Part shown: piece after piece, positions 55,712-64,000 of the stretch
Layout of the letters: each line of letters begins with the position of its first letter
Numbering within the stretch: position 1 is the first letter of the stretch
Source of the DNA: Iphione sp. A-MEVVRFRX5
Taxonomy: Eukaryota
Length of the DNA: 64,000 nt
NCBI GenBank assembly: GCA_976226885.1
Contig: OZ320319.1
Coordinates: 67,084,001-67,148,000 of the forward strand
Reading direction: 5' to 3'
Position numbers and translations under genes: made by a program
The notes under the pieces: generated by a model
Database searches by the model: none
What the model was told of the DNA's origin: nothing
What the model saw: only the letters and a program-made list of their open reading frames with translations

Positions 55712-56373
55712 TTAACAAATCTCAGCAGGTGGAGCAGCTAAGGTCTATAGAGCAGGATGAGCATGTGGAGCAGGTGAATTGTACTGAGCAGGTGGTGTAG
55801 GTAGGGCAGGTACAGTGTATGATGCAGGTGCAGGTTAAGTTAACCTCAGGAACTAGGCAATTGTCATTATAGGTTGCTCCAAGTGTAGGTGTTCAGCATT
55901 GAAGAATATCTGGTAGATCTGGAACTGAACAAAACTCTTCATTTCTGCACTTAACCCCTGCATCTTCAGAGCATATGGCTGCAAAATATGCAAGCATTCA
56001 TCATTGGCCTTGTCACAAGCCTGCTGAGCCTCTGTTCAAGTGTCTGCCTTCCTGCTCTGATTCTGGCACAGCTGAAGCAGTGCCTCTTCGAGTGGATCCT
56101 CTGTTTTCCTCAACTGCTTCATCCTCAAAGACAGTGGAGTGGCAAAGGAGCAGGTACTTAGTGTAGGTGGAGATAGAGATAGCCTTGGTGACTCCAAAGC
56201 ACTGGGTGAGTCAGAACACACAGGTGTGGAGGCTGCCACAGAGCACACAGGTATAGAGACTGTCACAGAACATACTGCTGTATCCTCATCAATATCATTC
56301 TCATCTTTGTCTTGGTCTAGGGCTTCAGCCTTGGTGTCTTGTGAGTCATATGAATCTCGATTCAGCTGTGTGT
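55712..56373 (-). pseudogene. Decayed 3' exon of a Harbinger-type Myb/SANT (MADF-BESS-like) DNA-binding gene
   Basis: Acceptor-like TTCACATATTTTATTACAGGTAAGCAG precedes one frame with 4 internal stops. It encodes an acidic/Ser-Pro linker, EDPLEEALLQLC, then DECLHILQPYALKMQGLSAEMKSFVQFQIYQIFFNAE (BESS-like: DE...F......L..L....+..+.++++F.AE), then a Pro/Ala tail. It is convergent with the transposase remnants, as in Harbinger elements. Confidence 0.55.
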
Positions 56374-56709
56374 CTGCTTACCTGTAATAAAATATGTGAA
56401 ATGTTCATTGATAAGAGAACGCTCCACACCAAGATCATGGTAGACTCACTGGTAGTCATTCATGCAGTGAAAATAGCGTATGCCTGTACAATAAGACTAA
56501 GGTAGAGCAAAAGGTAAAAATTTCGACTTTGAATGACTGTGACAGTTATAACATCATATGGAATAGGTTGCTAGGATACATATAGCAACATAGTAACTGC
56601 TCAGCCAATGGGCTTGTTCTGTCTATATCTATATACATATATAGCGTATAGAGAACATCAACGACAGTATGGGGTGAAACAACATACTCCAACCCCAGAA
56701 AAAAAAAAA

Positions 56710-57672
56710 TTAAAAATTATCACAGACAAATTTCTCATCTAACATCCTCTTATTGAAATTTGGTTTAATGTATTTAAAAATTGCATCTGAACGCCAACCA
56801 CCACGCTCTCTGATAAATTCAAGTGGCATGCCAATTTCACTCAGGTAAGTGGCCCCCCCCCCCCCCCTTCGAAGAGAGTGTGAACTTACATGGCCTGACA
56901 CACCGCAAGTTCTAGCCAACCGCCTCAACTTGTCTTGAAACCACGAATAATCAAGACAAATCCTCTTAGAGCCTTTCAAAAAAGAAAATAGCAAATCCGA
57001 ACTTGAACCTTCAAAAGAGTCCATGACAAGCAGGACCCACGAAGCTGCACAAAACCTGAAATCCTTTGAAAATTTCACTGAAACTCTTCTCTTAGCTTCC
57101 CTGAACTGATCATTTTTACTCCTCCTAACAAGAATCTCTATACCCCAATCGTATCTCGAGACATCAGACCTTAACAGCCCTGAACTGGAAGTAAACCTAT
57201 GCTTCCTAAATAAACAACGGAAAGCGACCAGAATCGCCGTCCAGAACAGAATATCCAATGGTCCTTCCCAGAACATACAATCATAAAAATCCCTAATATG
57301 AACATTTGAAATCGCTACTGCTGTCTTCGAATCACATCCATGTCCCCTCCTAACACCGGCCAAAAACTGTTTAACCTTAAAACTACCCACATCTGGTGGA
57401 GTCAACTCTAGGAGCCTATGGAAATATACTACACCAGAAAAATAATTCTGAATCGACGTAGGCACCATAGCCCTAGACAAAAAGCTTCCAAATAAACACA
57501 GCTGGTCCGTTGAACATGGAAACGCACTCAAGCCATACATTTTACAAAATTTCAAGTAGACTTCTTTCTGCCTGTTCCGTGTCCTGATGGTATTTGGTGC
57601 TGGTCCATTCCTGATGAATCTCTCCGTCAATATCTCCAATTCCTCAAAATTTCCTGGAAAGACACAAGACAC
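56710..57672 (-). CDS. Tyrosine recombinase of the Ngaro/DIRS element (320 codons open)
   Basis: N-terminal SAM-like region (NTIRT..YLKFC..TSIQNYFSGV.YFH). Catalytic set: R (LFRK), K (SKNDQ), HSLRR, W (GGWRSDA), Y (FKYI). The ORF-track start codon is TTG, so the true start is unknown. Confidence 0.88.
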   Translation of the reverse strand: MSCVFPGNFEELEILTERFIRNGPAPNTIRTRNRQKEVYLKFCKMYGLSAFPCSTDQLCLFGSFLSRAMVPTSIQNYFSGVVYFHRLLELTPPDVGSFKVKQFLAGVRRGHGCDSKTAVAISNVHIRDFYDCMFWEGPLDILFWTAILVAFRCLFRKHRFTSSSGLLRSDVSRYDWGIEILVRRSKNDQFREAKRRVSVKFSKDFRFCAASWVLLVMDSFEGSSSDLLFSFLKGSKRICLDYSWFQDKLRRLARTCGVSGHVSSHSLRRGGGGATYLSEIGMPLEFIRERGGWRSDAIFKYIKPNFNKRMLDEKFVCDNF

Positions 57673-58774
57673 TGTCCTTACAACATGCCGACCTCCACCA
57701 TGAAGTGTTCTTCAACATAGACAAGCCCTTCTTTGAATCTAGTCTAGAGAGACCATCTGCTATTACATTGTCATCCGTGCTCACATATTCAGACCAGAGA
57801 TCCACATTGTAAATGGCACACATCCAAAACAATTCTTGAAGCCAAGACATGCACTGCTTGTTAATACTTCTACCAGTCCTGATCATGTGTAACACCTGTG
57901 TGTTATCCACATGCGCCAAAACACGTGAATCCCTCCAAATTTCCTTCCATCTTCTGACTGCGACCAGCACGGCCCATAATTCTTTTTCATTGATGTTTTC
58001 TCCAACCACCTCGATGCTAGGTTTGAACTCAATGTGGGAACAACCATCGACCTTCTCCTCGGACTCCAGTCTCCAAGAACCGCTAAACCAGTCAAACCCA
58101 TGGAATCCGCCAAAGCATTCCAATGATGAGTCTGTGAAGAATTCGGACTGATAAGCATTCCTATTGACTATCTTTGCCCTACCATTGAACATGGCCGAGA
58201 ATACCTTCCACCACCTGAGGTCTTCCAGTACCTCCTCTGGGACGACTAGCTTCCTCCTCGACTTCTTAAGGGCACTTAGAAAATTGTACACATTCCTTGT
58301 GAAGGTCCTCCCGCCCCTAACAACTGTCGCGCAATGGGCCAATAGGCCACCGAGCTTTTCAACTTCCTTCAAACACATCTTCTCCATCCCCAGAGCCTCT
58401 ACAACCTTCTCCCTCAGCATACATAGCTTTAACTGAAGCAGTCTCAACTCTAAGGCCACGAAATCAATCTCTATGCCTAGAAAGACACACTTAGTTGATG
58501 GACCTAACACCTTTTTTGAAGCAATCTCAAAACCCAAGCATGTGATTATATCTTTCAAAGTTTCCAGACCTTCCTCACACTGAACCAAAGTATCACCAAC
58601 CACTTTGAAATCGTCAAGATAATTGACCATGGAACAGCTACTCTTGGATTCGAAAATCCCACGCACGAAATCAGACAGCTGGGTAAAGATAAAGGGGGCG
58701 CACCGTAAACCGAATGTTAAGGTGTTATTCACATAGAATTCATCCCCGTTACCCAAGTTCCACCTGAAACCCTG
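57644..58774 (-). pseudogene. RT (C-terminal part) plus RNase H of the Ngaro/DIRS element, N-terminally truncated
   Basis: LTFGLRCAPFIF, NYLDD, FLGIEID, DLRWW, FTDSS, INEKELWAV, VDN, N.IADGLSR are DIRS-type RT/RNase H motifs. The first 22 aa of the track ORF (to 58840) are antisense LTR sequence. Confidence 0.9.
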
Positions 58775-59106
58775 TGTAGCGGCGACATGTGGCCACGTTG
58801 CATGGTGCAAGGTTGCATCGTGCCGGGTGGCACTGTGCACTGTGCATTGATGCTCAGGAGTGGAGCACAGTGTGCAGTGACGCCCGGTGCTTTGTGCTTC
58901 GTGCTTTGTGCATTGTGCTTGGACGCATCGTGCAGCGTGGCACCATGCACTGCTGGGGGAGGGGCTCCAGCCTATATAAGCAGGGGTTGGAGCCCAGAGT
59001 CTTCAGTCTGGAGTTGGGGGTCTTACCATACACGTCTCCTTCAGCAATAAAGTCTCCTGTTTGCACTTCCTGGTTATGTCTTATTTACGGAGCGGCCGAC
59101 GCTACA
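58775..59106 (+). repeat. 5' LTR, 332 bp
   Basis: Termini TGTAGCG...CGCTACA (7-bp inverted repeat, TG...CA). TATATAA at 58973-58979, AATAAA at 59046-59051. The PBS starts 2 nt after the LTR end. Confidence 0.92.
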
Positions 59107-59107
59107 T

Positions 59108-59125
59108 TGGTGGCAGCGGTGGGAT
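59108..59125 (+). promoter_or_regulatory. Primer binding site, tRNA-Leu(AAG/TAG)
   Basis: TGGTGGCAGCGGTGGGAT is the 18-nt complement of ...ATCCCACCGCTGCCA-CCA, the 3' end of metazoan tRNA-Leu(AAG/TAG) as I recall it. Confidence 0.85.
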
Positions 59126-59462
59126 CTCTTCCCCCGCTGGCCAGCCCCCCGTAGGGAGAGGGCGCCGACGCTTGCAGTCACCACCCGCACCAGGAAGGGA
59201 TAGCGACTCAGAGTCCTGGGGTACCGAAGGCGCTCTGAGTTCCGACAGTGAGGTTGAGCTGATGATAGCCCGCCATCCGTCGCGGGCCGCGCCCCAGCCG
59301 TCTCGACGTTGGGCGCCGACGAGCGCCTCGTGGGCACAGCCCGACACTTCGACGGCCGGCGCGTCCCGGCGAGGGAAGGAGCCCCCTGACGCGGGAGCGG
59401 GCAGTGCGGTGACGAGGGGCGCACGGGCACGGGGTGCCACGACGTTCAACGCAGTCACTATT

Positions 59463-59687
59463 GACGCAGATGCTATCGACGCAGACGATATCGACGCAGA
59501 CGCTATCGACGCAGATGCTATCGACGCAGACGCTATCGACGCAGATGCTACTGACGCAGATGCTACTGACGCAGATGCTACTGACGCAGATGCTAATGAC
59601 GCAGATGCTACTGACGCAGATGCTACTGGTGCAGGTGCCACCAACGCCGACGCTATCAACGCAGGTGCGCTTGGCGCAGACGCGGTC
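59463..59687 (+). repeat. In-frame 15-bp minisatellite in gag encoding (DADAI)5-like, (DADAT)6-like and 4 degenerate units
   Basis: Unit GACGCAGAYGCTAYY; 11 core copies at 59463-59627. Confidence 0.97.
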
Positions 59688-60928
59688 AGTGTGCATACAC
59701 CCCGTGCAGGGGCGGCCGGCGCGGACGCCCCCCTTCCCCGTGTACCCGACGCAGCCGGCGCCCGAGGGGTGGATACCGCGACGAGCATCAACGGGCCAGC
59801 AGGCGGCTCACTGCTAGTGCCTGGCTCCTCCAATGCTGTCACGAAGGGCAAGGGAGGGGGCCACGCTGTCAAGCCGGGGGCCGCCTGTCCGAAAGGCGAA
59901 CCGCAGGCTCCCCCTCACCGCGACCTTGGTCAGGAGCGGGCCGACGCCCAGAAGCCGGCCCACACGGACCCTGGGCGCGCCCCGCGGGCGCCCGGGGCGT
60001 CCCCAGCGAGGACCCCGACAGACGAAGCCGCTGCTTTGGTGCGCGGGCTGGTGTCCGGATTACAGGCAGCAATGCAGCCCCAGGTGGTGCCCCTGCCACC
60101 GCCACGGCGGCACCATGTGAAGCCCGAGTCCTTCAACGGGTCTGCGCCCCTGTCGGAATTCCTACACCACTTCGGACTCGTCGCCAAGACCAACTGTTGG
60201 GACGACGCTGAGAAGGCTCTCCAACTCAGCGTCTGTTTGCGGAAGTCAGCCCAGTCGGCCCTAAAGGTTGGCCAACGTGGACGTGTCGGCGCCCGGAGCG
60301 TACGCCCGGATAGAGGAAGTGCTGAAACAGAGGTTCCAGTCGGAGGACCGCGTCACCTTCTTTGAGCAGGAGCTCAAACAGCGGCGCCAGGGCAAGGAGG
60401 AGGATGCCCAGAAACTGGGGGAGGAGATTGAGCGGTTGGCTCGGCAGGCCTACCCGGAAGCCGAGGGGGTCTGGCTCGACCGCATGTGCAAGGACTCCTT
60501 CGTCAGCGCCCTGCGGGACAAACGAAGCCGCCGCTGGGTGGTGCAGGCCAAGGCCAAGACGTTCCAGGCAGCGGTCTCGGAGGCCCTCCTGGCGGAATCA
60601 TTCCATCGGGCAGAAAAGGAACGTAACCCTCCCACCACACAATCGCATGTACGGGCGGCACGCACGGAGGAGGACGAAGCCATGGCCGCGGCGGCCCGCG
60701 CCACCCCCACAGCCCCCCCGCAGGCTTGGGACCGGATAGAGCAGCTGCTGGTCCGCCTGCTAGAGGCGCCGGCTGTCGCGCCCGCCCGACGAGGTCGTCG
60801 GGGAGGGAATGCAGAGGGCGGGTGTTTTACTGCCACGAGAAGGGCCACTTCAAGCGGGATTGCCCGGCGCGCAAGGCAGCAGAAGGGGAGGTGACGGCGG
60901 CTCCCCCGGCGGCGCCATCCAGCAAGGC

Positions 60929-60993
60929 GGGAAACGGGCAGCCGCCCGCCCCGGCCCAGTAGGGCGGGCGGCCGCACCCGACGTTTCCCTGGG
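60929..60993 (+). promoter_or_regulatory. -1 programmed ribosomal frameshift signal (gag-pol)
   Basis: Slippery heptamer G GGA AAC (60929-60935) is in the gag frame, and pol is in the -1 frame. A 5-nt spacer precedes an 11-bp all-GC stem (60941-60951 with 60962-60972). Confidence 0.8.
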
Positions 60994-63900
60994 ACTGCCG
61001 GAGCATCTGCAGGCTCTGGCAGGGGCAGTCCAGGGAGAGCCCACAGTCACCCTGCAGGGCCACCGAAGGCGCGAGTTCAACGGACTGCTCCTGTCAGGAG
61101 AGTTTGGGGGCAGAGTGATTGACTGGTTGATCGATACCGGCGCCTCGGCATCGCTCCTCTCCGTTAAGGTATTCGAGTCCCTGCACGGAATACCGCTGGG
61201 ACCAGTGGACGCCCGCGTGTACGGTGTGGACGGCGCCCCGCTCGCAGTGCGAGGATCCGTGGCGGGGATGGTGTACTTCCAAGAAGCCGCAATTCCCATG
61301 CGGGCCCGAGTAGTGGATATGGAAGTGCCTGCTATATTAGGACTCGACTGGCTGGACCGCTGGGAAGCGGTGGTGGATTCCCGGAGGGCGCAGGTGGCAT
61401 TGGGCCGGATACCGGGAGAGGCTGCGGCACCCTTGGCGGTAGCAGCCGACACCACGGTCCCAGCGGGGCAGGTCGGTTGGTTGCAAGTCGAGTGGCAGGG
61501 AGAAGGACTTCCGGGTGAGAGCATCTTGGCGGAGGCCAGCGGCCAGTTCGAAGAAAGGTCGGGGTTGCGAGTGGCTAGGGCCGTGGTGTGTCCACAGGAG
61601 GGCCGGCTGTGGGTACCCCTGTGGAACCCGGGACCAGTCGCGACCTGCGTCTTCCGTGGTATGCAGCTCGGGACATGCCATGCGGTGAGCGACATTGTGA
61701 CCACCTGCGCGGCGCCGGCGGAGGCTGTGGAGGCCGAGCAATGGGAAGCGGTGAAGCAGCTGTTAGACCAACTACCTGAAGGACTGTCGATCAATGACCA
61801 AGTCAGAATCCAGGCGATGCTGGAGGCACACCATGGCGTCTTCCAGACACCGATCGGACCCTTGGGGTGCACTCCCGTGGTCCAGCACCGAATCGATACG
61901 CAAGGGCACGCCCCCATCCGCCAGCGGGCGCGGCGCCTACCGCCCCATAGGAAGGCGGAGGTGGAGCGGGAGGTGGAGTCGATGCTGGAGAGGGGGGTGC
62001 TGGAACATTCCACCAGTCCGTGGGCTTCCCCCCTAGTCTTGGTCAAAAAGAAGGACGGGAGCACCCGCTTCTATATTGACTATCGGCGACTGAATGCGGT
62101 AACAAAGAAGGACGCGTATCCCCTGCCTCGCATCGAAGACACCCTGGATGCGCTGCAGGGGAACCGCTATTTTTCTGCAATTGACTTGGCCAGCGGCTAC
62201 TGGCAAGTCAGGATGGACCCTGCTGATGCAGAAAAGACGGCCGTTTGCACTCCTGGAGGGCTATACCAATTCCGGGTGATGCCTTTCGGGTTGTGCAACG
62301 CACCGTCGACCTTCGAGCGCCTCATGGAGTCGGTGCTGCGGGGCATGGTAGGCACAGACTACCTCGTGTACCTGGATGACATCATTGTGCTAGGCCGCAC
62401 GGTGGAGGAGATGTGCGATCGCCTGGGGCGAGTCTTCGACCGTCTTCAGCAAGCCGGACTGCGAGTGAAGGCCTCGAAGTGTCAGCTGTTTCAGGAGGAG
62501 GTGGCGTACCTGGGCCACCGGGTGTCGGCCTGCGGTGTTGGGGTGGACCCAGAGAAGATTGCTGCCGTGGCCGCCTGGCCTCAACCGCGCTGTGGCGAGG
62601 AGTTACGCGGGTTCCTCGGCCTATGTTCATATTACCGAAGCTTTGTGGAGGGCTTTGCACAGATCGCGGCCCCCCTCCACGTGATGGCGGATCGACTGGC
62701 GGAGTTCGCCTGGACGGAAGAGTGTCAACAGGCCTTCGACCACCTGAAACAACGACTGTGTTCAGCACCGATCCTGGGCTACCCCTCCCCGCAAGGAAGG
62801 CTGTTGCTCGACACGGATGCTTCCGACACCGGCATCGGGGCAGTGCTGTCCCAGGTTTAGGACGGTCAGGAGCAGGTCTTGGCTTATGCGAGTCGGACCC
62901 TCACCAAGCTGGAGCGGAATTACTTCATGACGCGACGGGAGCTGCTGGCCGTAGTGTTCGCCTTGCGTAAATTCCGCTGCTATGTGGGGGGGCGAAGCAT
63001 CGAGATCCGGACTGACCATGACTCGTTACGGTGGCTATGCAGCTTCCGTGAGCCGCAGGGCCAGCTAGCCCGCTGGCTAGAAGAAATCTTCTGCCATGAT
63101 TTGGAGATCATCCACCGGCCGGGCCGGAAACACGGAAATGCGGACGGCCTGTCACGACAGCGGTGCAAGCAGTGCACTAGGGAGATGATCCCGGAGGCCG
63201 TGGAGGTAGCCGCGGTCGTGGCGACCCCGTGGGCGAGCGGAGGCGATCAGCCGGGCCTTGGTGGCGGGGGACGACCCCCCAGGGCTGGAGGTCGGGCTGC
63301 CATGGGAGGAGCGCCAGCTGCGGGCGGAGGGAGGCCGGTTGTCCTTGCGAGGCGGAGTGCTGATGCGACACTGGGAGGCCGACGGCGGACAGGCAGTGTA
63401 CCAGGCCTACGTCCCCCGCGCAATTCGGGCGGAGCTGTGGCAGGATGTTCACGCCGGCGCACTGGGAGGTCATCTGGGCGCCGAGAAGACCCTCGGGTTA
63501 CTGCGGCAGAAGTGGTTCTGGCCCGGGATGCGCCGAGATGTGGGGCGATGGACAGCAGCATGCCAGGCTTGCCAGCAACGTAAGGCGCCGCCACGTTCGA
63601 AGCGAGCCCCGCTGCAGTCACGCCCAGTGAACGAACCCTAGTGGAGCTAGTGGCGGCTGACATACTGGGACCTCTGCCGGAAACGCCCCGGGGCAACTGG
63701 TATATCCTGGTGGTGGCAGACCACTTCTCCAAGTGGACGGAGGCTTTCCCCCTAGCCGAAGCCACGGCTAAGGGCTCCGCAGAAGTCATCGTGCGGGAGG
63801 TGGTCTGCCGGTTCGGTCCCCCCCGGGTGTTCCATTCCGATCAGGGCCGCAACTGCGGGTCGGCGCTCTTCACTGAGGTGCTGCAGCTTCTGGGGGTGGA

Positions 63901-64000
63901 GAAGTCCCGGACTACCCCGTACCACCCTCAGAGCGACGGCGTGGTGGAGCGCTTCAACAGAACGCTGGCTAACATGCTGGGCACCCTGGGGGAGGAGCGT
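60929..64000 (+). pseudogene. pol: Gypsy pol (protease, RT, RNase H, integrase) with a stop at 62858 and frameshifts near 63230 and 63638; incomplete at the window end
   Basis: PR: LIDTGAS. RT: PWASPLVLVKKKDGS, IDYRRLN, AIDLASGYWQ, MPFGLCNAP, YLDD. RH: TDASDTGIGAVLSQV*DG, RELLAVV, TDH, NADGLSR. IN: HAGALGGHLG..CQAC, DILGP, SDQG, PYHPQSDGVVERFN (frame 63638-64000). Confidence 0.93.

Larger units (their letters stand above)
56710..58774 (-). mobile_element. DIRS-order tyrosine-recombinase retrotransposon, Ngaro-like; 5' half displaced by the Gypsy insertion
   Basis: Overlapping RT-RNaseH and YR ORFs with no methyltransferase domain between them. The RT is cut at 58774/58775 by an LTR. The 3' terminal repeats are not resolved. 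Confidence 0.9.
59076..60962 (+). pseudogene. gag: Gypsy gag with two frameshifts (about 60268 and 60826)
   Basis: Starts MSYLRSGR. Capsid-like KPESFNGSAPLSEFLHHFGLVAKTNCWDDAEKALQL continues after +1 as YARIEEVLKQRF..ELKQRRQ..EIERLARQAYP..DSFVSAL. Restoring one T at 60825-60828 gives the knuckle CFYCHEKGHFKRDC. Stop TAG at 60960-60962. Confidence 0.88.
58775..64000 (+). mobile_element. Ty3/Gypsy LTR retrotransposon; 5' LTR to integrase, continues past the window end
   Basis: LTR, PBS, gag with CCHC knuckle, then PR-RT-RNaseH-IN in Gypsy order. Confidence 0.97.

Noticed and set aside
58775-58840. N-terminal MHSATRHDATLHHATWPHVAAT of the track ORF 57644-58840
   Set aside because: It is antisense LTR sequence that happens to be open, not part of the DIRS RT.
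59463-59627. DADAI/DADAT as a pentapeptide-repeat (A[D/N]Lxx) beta-helix DNA mimic
   Set aside because: It lacks the central Leu/Phe that packs that fold.
59102-63789. Long antisense ORFs in the Gypsy (59102-59872, 256 aa; 60850-62064, 404 aa; others)
   Set aside because: Expected in very GC-rich coding DNA and the 15-bp repeat; no recognisable protein features.

Overview
Eukaryotic (invertebrate, probably lophotrochozoan) genomic DNA with an AT-rich background and a 131-N gap at 21568-21698. There is one intact host gene, an intronless 5-HT7-type serotonin GPCR (29668-31158, +). The rest is intergenic DNA with transposon debris: a piggyBac-type MITE with perfect TIRs and TTAA TSD, two pogo/Tc1-type MITEs, a tRNA-derived SINE, an L2/Crack LINE 3' fragment, a 116-bp foldback and several minisatellites. 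The last 10.5 kb is a nest of elements. Decayed Harbinger transposase and Myb/MADF-BESS remnants (53.5-56.4 kb) are followed by a Ngaro/DIRS tyrosine-recombinase retrotransposon (- strand). Its RT is cut by a GC-rich Ty3/Gypsy element (+ strand) that runs off the window end. That Gypsy holds the most unusual structures: a Gag start codon inside the LTR, a TATA box in a hairpin loop, a DADAI/DADAT repeat expansion in Gag, and an intact -1 frameshift signal with a candidate pseudoknot. I see no convincing evidence of a wholly new biological system. All family assignments come from motif recognition by eye, not database searches.
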